From: Terriglobales bacterium
GTDB taxonomy: Bacteria > Acidobacteriota > Aminicenantia > Aminicenantales > Saccharicenantaceae
DNA length: 63,707 bases
Direction of reading: 5' to 3'
Assembly: GCA_035543515.1 (NCBI GenBank)
Contig: DATKJS010000044.1
Coordinates: 1 to 63,707 of the forward strand
The notes beneath the pieces are model-generated. The model was not told the origin of the DNA, made no database searches, and worked only from the letters and a program-made list of their open reading frames with translations. Shown here one piece after another: positions 1 to 8,421 of this stretch; position 1 is the first letter of the stretch, and each line of letters starts with the position of its first letter. Both the position numbers and the translations under genes were made by a program.

Positions 1-2
1 AA

Positions 3-1802
3 GCCCTGATTGACGACATGCCGAATCCACCGTATGGTGCCGGTCCTGGCGGCGGACTCCATGATCAGCCCGCCGGCTTCCATCGCGGCCTGCCGCGCTT
101 TGGCGATCTCGTCCGGGTCGGTCTGGTCAAAGAAATAGTCGTACTCGAGAATGCACCGTTTGCCGCTGTCGATGGGCGTGATGAACCCCAGGCCGTTCGT
201 GAGGCCCTGCCGGTCGGCGATGCCCTTGAAGCCGGCGGTGATCTCGGCGATGAGGTGCTGCTCGAGCGGAAGAAAGACGATGTTGACGGCGAACTGCTTC
301 TCCCGTCCCATCCTCGAGCTCAGGATCCGGAACATGTTCAGCCAGACGAGGTCCGTCATTTCCGGCCGGCCGTAGACCTCTTCAAAGAACGGTCGAAGCT
401 CCGGCTCAACCGATTGCGCCAGCAGGGCCGCCGAAGGCGCCAGGGCCGTCTCCGCGATGTCCGCAAAACCCTTGACCCGGAGATAGGAGAAGGGCTCGTC
501 GGCTTCCATGCCGCCCAGGATCTCCGGCCAACCCGACGACCGCAGTGACGGCAGGCCCAAGCTCAGCGCCCGGAAGAGTCGCTGGTCGAAGAACGGAAGG
601 CCCATGGCCTGAACGCCCTGGATCGCATGGCGGTCGCCGATCACGAGGACGAGATAGGCGATGCCGAGCTTGCCCTCGAAGACATCTCTGACCTCCCCCG
701 CCAGTTTCATTGTCGGAGCCAGGAACGACGAAATGTACCCGCCGCCGAGAATGCCGATAGCCAGGCCGATCCGCCTCACGGCGCACTCCTTGGAAAACGC
801 GAGCGCCTTGTCCAGCGAATCGAAAGGCACCAGGACGCCCGCCTCGTCGCCCGTCACGGGATGGAGCTTCATCGTGACCGAAGTGCAGATGCCGGGAGAT
901 TCCTGGTCGGCCTGTTTGAAGGCAAAGAGGTTCGGGGCGTCCTTCGCGCCAAGGGAGAAGAACGACCCGTCCCGGGCCACGAACTCGGCATCGACGCAAT
1001 TCTCGGCGGCCGTCCCGTAGGCGGTCAGGAACGTCGAGAAGATCCCCGAGCAGATCATATTGGAGCAGACGAGGGCCGCCGGCTCGGCGACGTTGACGCG
1101 GAACCCCCGCCGGGCGGCCTCGCTCTGGAGGTCGAAGGCGGACACGCCGGCCCCCACCTTAACCGCCCAGTTCTTTTCGTCGAAAGCGATGCCTTTCATC
1201 CGGTTCAGGTCGATGACGGCGCCTTCGCTGAAGACGAGGCCCGCGTTCTGCGACCCGTTGCCGCGGACGACCCAGGGAATGCTGCGGCTGTTCAAGAGCC
1301 TCAGGAGGGCCGCCGCTTCATCCCTGGTCCCCGGCAGGACGACGTAAGCGGGCATCTTGGGCACGGTGAACGGGCCGGGGTCGTGGGAATACGTTACGGC
1401 GACGGCCCTGTCGTTCGTCGCCCACTCCTCGCCGACGATGCCGCGGATGTCCTGCAGCGCCGGATCTGTCGGGGGCTTCTCGACCGCCCCGCCCTTCTTG
1501 ACGTGCCCGGCGACGAGGTCCTTGAGGGCCTCCATGACGCGCGTCGGCCGCAGCTCGGTGACAAAGTAGCATTGATGATCGCACTTGCCGCAGAGGTCGC
1601 AGCTTTCCGCGACCTCGACGCACTTCTCCGTGATCGGGATCCTATGCTCCGACAAGGCGGCATAAAGGTCCATCCGGCCCTCAGGATAAAAGGTGACATA
1701 GTGTCGGTCGAGCCCGGAGGCGCAGACCCCGCTCCCCAGGAAATCGATCTTGCACATCGCGAAATGCCGGCAGCTCTTCGCGATCTTCAAGACGTCATCC
1801 AT
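3..1802 (-). CDS. Fe-S/FAD-binding oxidoreductase (N-terminal Cys-rich 4Fe-4S region + FAD_binding_4/PCMH, GlcD-like), 3'-truncated by window edge
   Basis: Absent from the ORF track because no stop lies in the window. Manual translation from ATG 1802 (SD GGAGG upstream): MDDVLKIAKSCRHFAMCKIDFLGSGVC...SCDLCGKCDHQC (CxxCxxCxxxC), then PCMH-like YVVLPGTRDEAAALLRLL...VVRGNGS...VIDLNRMKGI...VKVGAGV. Frame stays open to the left edge. Confidence 0.85.
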   Translation of the reverse strand, partial: MDDVLKIAKSCRHFAMCKIDFLGSGVCASGLDRHYVTFYPEGRMDLYAALSEHRIPITEKCVEVAESCDLCGKCDHQCYFVTELRPTRVMEALKDLVAGHVKKGGAVEKPPTDPALQDIRGIVGEEWATNDRAVAVTYSHDPGPFTVPKMPAYVVLPGTRDEAAALLRLLNSRSIPWVVRGNGSQNAGLVFSEGAVIDLNRMKGIAFDEKNWAVKVGAGVSAFDLQSEAARRGFRVNVAEPAALVCSNMICSGIFSTFLTAYGTAAENCVDAEFVARDGSFFSLGAKDAPNLFAFKQADQESPGICTSVTMKLHPVTGDEAGVLVPFDSLDKALAFSKECAVRRIGLAIGILGGGYISSFLAPTMKLAGEVRDVFEGKLGIAYLVLVIGDRHAIQGVQAMGLPFFDQRLFRALSLGLPSLRSSGWPEILGGMEADEPFSYLRVKGFADIAETALAPSAALLAQSVEPELRPFFEEVYGRPEMTDLVWLNMFRILSSRMGREKQFAVNIVFLPLEQHLIAEITAGFKGIADRQGLTNGLGFITPIDSGKRCILEYDYFFDQTDPDEIAKARQAAMEAGGLIMESAARTGTIRWIRHVVNQG

Positions 1803-1816
1803 GGTATCCCTCCTGT

Positions 1817-2647
1817 TCAGGCGGTCCGGGCCGGGCATGCTTTCACCGCATAGCCCATGTACATGACCGCCGTGATCCGGCTTTCGACCAGCTTGATCCT
1901 CTCGGCGAGCTCTCGATACGTCCAATCGCCCGCGGCCCTCCTGCGGAGATAGCGAAGGACACGGGGGATCGGGACGTCGGGGATCATGCCCCGATGCTCT
2001 TTCCACTCCAGGCGGTTCTCCCGAAGGAGCGATCTCATTTCGCCGGGTTTGATGAACATCTCCCACACGTGGAGGTCCTTGGGCATGAACGCCCACCGCT
2101 TCCAGACCTGACTGATCCTGATGGCGGCCAGGCGGCTGATCCAGTTGCGGTTGAGGGTGTCGTAGCAGAACGCTCCGCCCGGTTTCAGGACACGGGAGAT
2201 CTCAGCGATGACCTTCGGAAGATCGCGGACGTGCTCCAAGACGTCGCAGCAGAGCACGGCGCCGAAGGACTGGTCGCTGAAAGGCAGCGACTCGCCCACG
2301 CCGCTCACGTACTGGATTTTCAGCCCGGCCGCCCGGGCGTGAGCGGCCGCGACCCGCAGGGACCGTTCGGACGGGTCGAGGCCAGTCGTTTCGAACCCCA
2401 TGCGGGCGACCTCTTCGGTCACGAACCCTCCGCCGCAGCCGACGTCCAAGGCCGCCGTGACGCTCGGCTCGATCCCGAGCTCGTCCAGCAGTTTCTTTCT
2501 GGCATAGCCCACCCGGACGGGGTTGAAGGAAACATTCATCTGGAAAAACGCGGAATCGGGACGCCACCATTGGTCGCTCTCGGCGCTGTAGATCCCGTTG
2601 TCTATCTTGTCGAATGCATCCTGGGAGGCTTTCCGCATGAGGTTCAA
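1817..2647 (-). CDS. ubiG: UbiG-family SAM-dependent O-methyltransferase
   Basis: DNGIY...WW...FNPVRVGY N-terminus, LDVGCGGG SAM motif I, CCDVLEHV, LKPGG. Alternative start ATG 2638. Confidence 0.8.
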   Translation of the reverse strand: MNLMRKASQDAFDKIDNGIYSAESDQWWRPDSAFFQMNVSFNPVRVGYARKKLLDELGIEPSVTAALDVGCGGGFVTEEVARMGFETTGLDPSERSLRVAAAHARAAGLKIQYVSGVGESLPFSDQSFGAVLCCDVLEHVRDLPKVIAEISRVLKPGGAFCYDTLNRNWISRLAAIRISQVWKRWAFMPKDLHVWEMFIKPGEMRSLLRENRLEWKEHRGMIPDVPIPRVLRYLRRRAAGDWTYRELAERIKLVESRITAVMYMGYAVKACPARTA

Positions 2648-2828
2648 GTCGTTTCAGGATTCCCCTTCGCGGTCCGATTTCACCTTGCTTCTCTGATCCA
2701 ACTATATCAACTTCGGTCCGCGTTCGCTAGGAGAGCCGCCGATCCATCATCCGGACGGATCCTCAATCAGTGAACCGAACAAGGAACTCCCCGCACGCAA
2801 TTGGGAACGGGGCGCTTGACGAGCGGTC

Positions 2829-3095
2829 TTACTTCTTGTGGAAGCTCTCGATAGCCTTGGGTGTGAACTCCCTCACTTCGGTGATCCGCGCTCTGGCCTG
2901 CATATAGGATGAACCGATCCGGTCTCGGACTTCCTGCTCATCCTTGGCCTTGACGACAGCCCATCCGGTGTGGACGCCCGACATGCATCCCCAGCGGACG
3001 TCCTTGAGCATCTTTCTGCCCTTTCCGGCCATCTCGTCCAGGGCCTTCAGACACTCAGCATCGGTGTGAGGCAACTCGACCAAGTATTCGGCCAT
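2829..3095 (-). CDS. Small conserved hypothetical protein (88 aa, ferredoxin-like alpha/beta, GYD/DUF4242-like)
   Basis: Clean ORF with SD (GAGGG), YLVELPH...GCMSGVHTGWAVV pattern, host-like codon usage. Confidence 0.7.
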   Translation of the reverse strand: MAEYLVELPHTDAECLKALDEMAGKGRKMLKDVRWGCMSGVHTGWAVVKAKDEQEVRDRIGSSYMQARARITEVREFTPKAIESFHKK

Positions 3096-3311
3096 GATAC
3101 CCTCCTTTCAAGAGAAGCGAATTCGCCCATTCTGCAGAATAATACGCAGGAATTGTGCCAAGTCGCCTGCCTGAATAAGGGCGGTTTTTCGACGTTTTGT
3201 TCCGGCGGCCGATACAGCGGTTTCTTAAGAAATCCCCGGCCCGCCTGAAGGCCGGCGTTCCCCCGGCCAGACGGCGGGTTCGTCCATTCCCCTCTCAGAG
3301 GAAGCCGTCTT

Positions 3312-3379
3312 ACGCCGCGGGACTCAAGATCCCGTCCGGGGCAACTCGGGTGTGGGTTCGATTCCCTCCACCGGCACCA
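3312..3379 (+). pseudogene. 3' part of tRNA-Leu(CAA) lacking 5' acceptor strand and D-arm (probable att-site remnant)
   Basis: Anticodon arm CGGGA-CTCAAGA-TCCCG (CAA at 3325-3327), long variable arm CCGGG-GCAA-CTCGG, T-loop TTCGATT, acceptor 3' strand CACCGGC + A + CCA. No GCCGGTG or D-loop upstream. One T.T mismatch in the T-stem. Confidence 0.8.
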
Positions 3380-3523
3380 TCATTTCCGATCGCCGTTGGC
3401 CCGCAGAAGGCGGAATCGTCCGGCCAGCGGGCTGTATTCGTCCGACCGTTGGTGTAAAATGCCGGCATGGAAGCACCCTGCCTTCTTCGTCATGCGGAAG
3501 GATTGAAGGATTAAGGAGAAAAC

Positions 3524-4084
3524 ATGAAGCGCGCTCCGCTCCTGGGGATCCTCATTGCGCTCGCGATGGGGTTGGTTTTGGCCGGCGCCCTGACCGCCGG
3601 CCCGGCGGGGGCTCAGACCAAGGCGCGCGCGCCGGCCGACCCATGGGCCCGGCTGAGCTTCCTCGCCGGCGAATGGCAGGGCGTGGGGACGGGGGCCCCC
3701 GGCGAGGCTGTCGGCGGCACGTCCTTCGCCTTCGGCCTGGACAAGAAGGTCCTCGTGAGAAAGAACTGGGCCAAGTATCCTCCCAAGCCCGGCGAGACCG
3801 CCGGCCTTTCCCATGAGGACCTGATGATCGTGTATCCCGGGCCGGGCGGGGGCCCGTTCCGGGCCATCTATTTTGACAACGAGGGCCACGTCATTTCCTA
3901 CGCCGTCACTTTTCCCAAGGAGGGGAACGCAGCGCTTTTCGAGAGCGAGGCCGGTCAGCCAGGCCCGCGCTTCCGCCTGATCTATGAACTCAACGCCGAC
4001 GGCCTCCTCGACAGCGTCTTCTGGATCGCCCCGCCCGGCGGCGAGTTCAAGGCCTACGTCCGGGGATCGCTCAGGAAGAAATAG
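3524..4084 (+). CDS. Secreted hypothetical protein (DUF1579-like beta-barrel)
   Basis: SD AAGGAG, signal peptide, LSFLAGEWQG and YFDNEGHVI motifs typical of calycin-like DUFs. Confidence 0.7.
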   Translation: MKRAPLLGILIALAMGLVLAGALTAGPAGAQTKARAPADPWARLSFLAGEWQGVGTGAPGEAVGGTSFAFGLDKKVLVRKNWAKYPPKPGETAGLSHEDLMIVYPGPGGGPFRAIYFDNEGHVISYAVTFPKEGNAALFESEAGQPGPRFRLIYELNADGLLDSVFWIAPPGGEFKAYVRGSLRKK

Positions 4085-4116
4085 GCGATCCTGCCCGTGG
4101 CCCGCTCGCGGTTGAG

Positions 4117-7100
4117 ATGAAGAAACGCTGGAAGAGGGTCGTCCGGACGGCCGGCCTCGTCCTGGCCGGAGCCCTCATTCTCGTCCTCGGCTCCGCTTCC
4201 TATCTCTATTTCCACAAGCCGGCCCTCAAAGGCTATATCGAAAGGACCCTCTCCAAGCGGGCCGGGACGACGGTGACCATCGGCCGGCTCGACTACCGCC
4301 TCTTCCCCCTGCGCGTCGAGGCCGACTCGGCCCGGATCGTTCTCGTCAGCGTCCTCGGCAGGCTCGAGATCGAGGCCGGCCGGGTCCAAGCTACGGGCCA
4401 TTTCGACCGCGTCCTCTCGGACAAGAAGCCGTACCTCGACGAGGTCGCCATCTCCGGGCTGAAGGTCGATTTCGCCGAGGACCCGAACTCGCCGCCGTCC
4501 GGCCCGGTCGACGTCAAGGGCCTGTCGCGGATGCTCTCCGGCTACCTGGCCTACGCCTCCCGCGTGACGATCAAGGACGCCTCGCTCCACCTCGGCCTGC
4601 CCGTCGAGGGCATGGACCTCGCCGCCGGGGGCGTCGCCATCGCGGGCGTCGGCGGCGACCGTGACTCGCTCGCGATGTCCGTCGAGCGGTTCGAGTTCCG
4701 CAACTTCAAGCCCGCCGCCGTCCTCTCCGCCGGGTTCAACGCCGAAGCCGGCTGGACCCGCGCCGACCCCTTCCTGCTCGACGGCACGGTGGACCTCGCC
4801 GCGCGCTCCGCCGCGCTGCCGGGCAAGAATTGGCAGTCGGCCGGCTTTGCCCTGAAGGCGGGCTTTAGGACCGACGGCGCTCGCCTCTCCGTCGGGCGCT
4901 TCGACCTGGGCATGCCGGGCCTCGTCGCGCTCTCGGGCTCAGCCGAGGCCGGCTTGGGCAAGAACGCCGGGGTCGCGGTCACGTCCGTTCTCGACCTGAC
5001 GAGCCTGGCCGCGGCCAAGGAGGCCTTCGCCGCGTTCCTGCCGCCGGACCTGCCGGCCCTCTCCGTCGACGGCGCGCTCCGATGGGAGGGAGAGGTGCGC
5101 GGCGCCGTGCCCGCGGGCGGGGCGCCCAAGGTCGGCCTCAAGGGCGACCTGCGACTCCTTCCGACGCGGGTCAAAGCCGCCTTGCCGGGTCTTTCCATCG
5201 GCCAGACCCTCCGCGCGACCGTCCGGCTCGAGGGGATGCTTCCGGACCTGGCCGCCTCCGGCACGATCGAAGGGAGCGGGGGAGAGGCGGCCGCGAATTC
5301 CCTGCGCGCCTCCGGTGTGTCCTTCCGCCTGCCGTTCGAGTTCCGGGGCGGCAGGCTCGGCTTCAAGTCGCTCACGGCCCGGGCGGCGAAGGCCGCCCTT
5401 CGCGCGGCCGGCCGGACGATCGAGCTCGACGCCGTGAGCCTGACCGCCTCCGGCCGCGTCGACGCCGGCGACCGGTCCGCGGTCCTCGATTCGCTGAGCG
5501 CCGACATCCCGGGCCTGGGCCGCTTCGACATCAGCGGCACGGCGTCGCCGGGGCCGCGGCCCGCGATCGCCCTCGACGCGCGCGGCCGCGATATCGACAT
5601 GGCCCGCGTTGTCACGTCGTTCCCGACCGTCGTTCCAACCGCCTTCGCCGCCTGGCAGCCCGGCGGCCTGGCCGGCCTCACCCTCGCCGTCCGGAGCGGG
5701 CCGAAGGGCGGGCCGCCGTACCGGCTGAAGGGGACTTGCGTCCTCACCAAGGGCGCTTTTCAGGACGCGACGGGGACGATCGTCGCCGAGGGCCTCGAGC
5801 CCCGGTTGGAATTCGATACGGAGGTCTCCTCCGCCGCTGCGCCCGTCCGCATCTCCGCCGCCCTCGACCTGGCGGCGGGCGAAACGCTGTGGAAGGACGC
5901 CTATTTCAATTGGAAGTCCGAGCCCGTGCGTTTGGAGATCAAGGGGGAGTACGACCCCCGGGCCGGAGCGGTCGGCGGCGGCGAGGCGGCCCTCACCTTT
6001 GCGCCGGTCGGATCGCTCCGCGCCCGCGGTTCGGTCTTCCTCGGTCCGCCGCCGCGCTTCGACGTCCATCTGTCCGCGCCAGCCGTCGACCTGGCGACGC
6101 TCTATGCGTTCCTGGCCAAGATGAATCCCGCCCGGCCGGCCGCTCTCGAGGTCGAGGGCCGCGCCGACGTCGAGGCCGACCTCCGCGTCTCCGGCGGCAA
6201 GAGCATCAGCGGCCTGGCCCGGGTCAGGGGAGCGGCGGTGGCGCGGAAGGACGGCACGCTCGCGCTGTCCGGGCTCGAGGCCGACCTGCCGTTCTCGCTT
6301 TCCGAGGGCGCCGCACCGGCCGAGACGCAGGTTGCCCCGTCCTCCTCGCCCGGCTACGTGAGGCTCAAGGACCTCAAGACCCCGGCCCTGTCTCTCCCCC
6401 CCCTCCGTCTCGACTTCGAGGCCTCCCGCAACCTCTTCGTCGCGGCCCCCGCCGCGGTCGAGCTCTGGGGAGCGAAGCTGAGCCTGGGCCGGACCTCGCT
6501 TTCCGTCGACCCGGCAGGCGGCGGAGTGACGGGCGTCTCCAGGCTGGCCCTCTCGGAGCTCGACCTGGCCAAGCTGCCCTTCCAGTCCCCGTCGTTCAAA
6601 CTCTCGGGTCGGCTCTCGGTGCCGGAAGGGGAGCTCTTCGTCGGCCCGAAAGAGGTCCGCTTTGACGGGCGGGTGCTGGCCTCGCTCTTCGGCGGACGGA
6701 TGACGCTCGACCGCCTCCGCCTCACCGACCTCCTCACGCCGGGCATGCGGGTCATGTTCGACGCGCAGGTCGAGGGACTGAACCTGGGCCGGCTGACGGA
6801 TTCCGTGCCCTTCGGCGAGGTCACCGGCGTCGTCGATGTCTCCCTCAAGGGCTTCGTCCTCTCCTACGGGCAGCCGGAGAGCTTCGCCCTGACCGTCCGC
6901 TCGGTGCCGACGAGGGGCGTCTCGCAGAAGTTCAGCGTCAAGGCCGTGGACAACCTGTCCGTCATCAGCTCCGGCGGGCCGTCGGCCGCGCCCTCCTCGA
7001 ATTTCCTGACGCGGCTCGTCCACAGCTTCAACTACAGCCGGATCGGCATCGCCTGCTCGCTCCGGAACGACGTCTTCACCCTGCAGGGGACGATCGTCGA

Positions 7101-7239
7101 GAACGGCGTCCAGTACCTCGTCCGGCGCGCGACGTTCTTCGGCATCGACGTCGTCAACGCCAAGCCCGTCAACACCATCAGCTTCAAGGACATGCTCGGC
7201 CGCCTGCAGCGGGTCGGCCAAAGCCAGGAAAAGAAATGA
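4117..7239 (+). CDS. AsmA-like/YdbH-family intermembrane bridge protein
   Basis: N-terminal TM anchor, ~1000 aa of beta-rich repeats, C-terminal ...FNYSRIGIACSLRNDVFTLQG segment; followed by a YdbL-family gene. Confidence 0.75.
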   Translation: MKKRWKRVVRTAGLVLAGALILVLGSASYLYFHKPALKGYIERTLSKRAGTTVTIGRLDYRLFPLRVEADSARIVLVSVLGRLEIEAGRVQATGHFDRVLSDKKPYLDEVAISGLKVDFAEDPNSPPSGPVDVKGLSRMLSGYLAYASRVTIKDASLHLGLPVEGMDLAAGGVAIAGVGGDRDSLAMSVERFEFRNFKPAAVLSAGFNAEAGWTRADPFLLDGTVDLAARSAALPGKNWQSAGFALKAGFRTDGARLSVGRFDLGMPGLVALSGSAEAGLGKNAGVAVTSVLDLTSLAAAKEAFAAFLPPDLPALSVDGALRWEGEVRGAVPAGGAPKVGLKGDLRLLPTRVKAALPGLSIGQTLRATVRLEGMLPDLAASGTIEGSGGEAAANSLRASGVSFRLPFEFRGGRLGFKSLTARAAKAALRAAGRTIELDAVSLTASGRVDAGDRSAVLDSLSADIPGLGRFDISGTASPGPRPAIALDARGRDIDMARVVTSFPTVVPTAFAAWQPGGLAGLTLAVRSGPKGGPPYRLKGTCVLTKGAFQDATGTIVAEGLEPRLEFDTEVSSAAAPVRISAALDLAAGETLWKDAYFNWKSEPVRLEIKGEYDPRAGAVGGGEAALTFAPVGSLRARGSVFLGPPPRFDVHLSAPAVDLATLYAFLAKMNPARPAALEVEGRADVEADLRVSGGKSISGLARVRGAAVARKDGTLALSGLEADLPFSLSEGAAPAETQVAPSSSPGYVRLKDLKTPALSLPPLRLDFEASRNLFVAAPAAVELWGAKLSLGRTSLSVDPAGGGVTGVSRLALSELDLAKLPFQSPSFKLSGRLSVPEGELFVGPKEVRFDGRVLASLFGGRMTLDRLRLTDLLTPGMRVMFDAQVEGLNLGRLTDSVPFGEVTGVVDVSLKGFVLSYGQPESFALTVRSVPTRGVSQKFSVKAVDNLSVISSGGPSAAPSSNFLTRLVHSFNYSRIGIACSLRNDVFTLQGTIVENGVQYLVRRATFFGIDVVNAKPVNTISFKDMLGRLQRVGQSQEKK

Positions 7240-7300
7240 CCGTGCCGCCCGGCTTTGATATAATGAGGGCGGCGGACAATTTCGAGAAAAGGGGAATGCG

Positions 7301-7885
7301 ATGAAGATCAGATCGTTCAAGGCCGTCTTCCTGGCGGGGCTGACGCTGGCCCTCCTGTCCTGCATCACGGTCAACATCTATTTCCCGGAGGCCGAGGTCA
7401 AGAAGGCCGCCGAGGACATCGTCAAGGAGGTCCAGGGCGCGGACAAGGACAAGGGCAAGACGGACGAGATCAAGAAGGAGTCGGTGGCCCAGACGCCGGG
7501 CTTCTCCCTCGTCCCCGGGCTCTACGCCCAGCAGGCGACCGAGGTTTCGTCGCCGCGCATCCGGGCCATCAAGGAATCGATGAAGGGCCGGTTCGAGCAG
7601 CTCGTCCCGCACTATGACGCCGGCCGCATCGGCATCGGCAGCGACGGCAACCTGAAGGTGCTCAAGACGGACGGGCTGTCCCTCCAGGACCGCGCCGTTC
7701 TGACCCGGCTCGTCAACGACGAGAACAAGGACCGCAAGGACCTCTACGCCGAGGTGGCCAAGGCCATGAACATCGACGCCGGCAAGGTCGGCGACGTCCA
7801 GAGGGTCTTCGCCGAGCAGTGGATCGGGTCGGCCCGCCCCGGCTGGATGGTCCAGAAGCCCGACGGCACCTGGGCCAAGAAGTAG
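7301..7885 (+). CDS. Lipoprotein, YnbE-like N-terminus + YdbL/DUF1318 domain
   Basis: Lipobox LLSC then ITVNIYFPEAEVKKAAEDIV; DUF1318-like GRIGIGSDGNL...LVNDENKDRKDLY...W. Confidence 0.8.
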   Translation: MKIRSFKAVFLAGLTLALLSCITVNIYFPEAEVKKAAEDIVKEVQGADKDKGKTDEIKKESVAQTPGFSLVPGLYAQQATEVSSPRIRAIKESMKGRFEQLVPHYDAGRIGIGSDGNLKVLKTDGLSLQDRAVLTRLVNDENKDRKDLYAEVAKAMNIDAGKVGDVQRVFAEQWIGSARPGWMVQKPDGTWAKK

Positions 7886-7974
7886 CCCGCGCCGCGGCCC
7901 GTTTTTCGAACGGCCCCGAATGGCGTTGACGCTGGCCCCGGTCCGTGGGATAATGGCGGGCCGGCGGCCGGAAC

Positions 7975-8277
7975 ATGAAAAGGTCCATCGCCCTCGCCTT
8001 CCTGCTCGTTTTCGCGGGGCTCGCATTCTATTTCTACTTCGCCGAGGAAACCTGCCCCGTCCACTGCTGCCCGGCGCCGGTCGGCTCCTTCAACCATGTC
8101 CACGGCGGCCCCGCCGCCGTCTGCCTCTGCTTCTGGAGCACGCTCTTCGCGCCCGTGACCTTTGATCTCGCCCATTTCCTGAGGACCGGCCTTCGGCCCG
8201 CCGACCCCCTCGACCGGACGCCTCTCGTGGCCTTCCGGGCCGACGTCGGCCATCCTCCCAAGACCCTCCCTGCCTGA
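7975..8277 (+). CDS. Small Cys/His-rich exported protein upstream of metal efflux operon
   Basis: Signal/TM segment, then CPVHCCP, HVH, CLC; ends HPPK, a pattern often seen in leader genes of czc/cus operons. Confidence 0.55.
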   Translation: MKRSIALAFLLVFAGLAFYFYFAEETCPVHCCPAPVGSFNHVHGGPAAVCLCFWSTLFAPVTFDLAHFLRTGLRPADPLDRTPLVAFRADVGHPPKTLPA

Positions 8278-8421
8278 CCCCGGACGCCGGGGACCCCGAC
8301 GACCTCGACCGGCGGCTTTCGTCCGCCTGCCCGCCCGCGGGCTTTCCCCGGCTCCTACCGAGCGCACGGCAGTCCGGGCGCCCCGCGCGCGAGCAGGCGC
8401 CCCGTCGAAGGAGGAACGAAG

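Noticed and set aside
3221-3232. Perfect 12-bp palindrome TTTCTTAAGAAA
   Set aside because: Single occurrence with no regulator nearby; could be an operator or recombination-arm site but unsupported.
8278-8421. Possible NiCo (czcD) riboswitch before czcC (contains GAGCAGGC)
   Set aside because: Only one short motif matches and it lies too close to the SD to fit the four-way junction.
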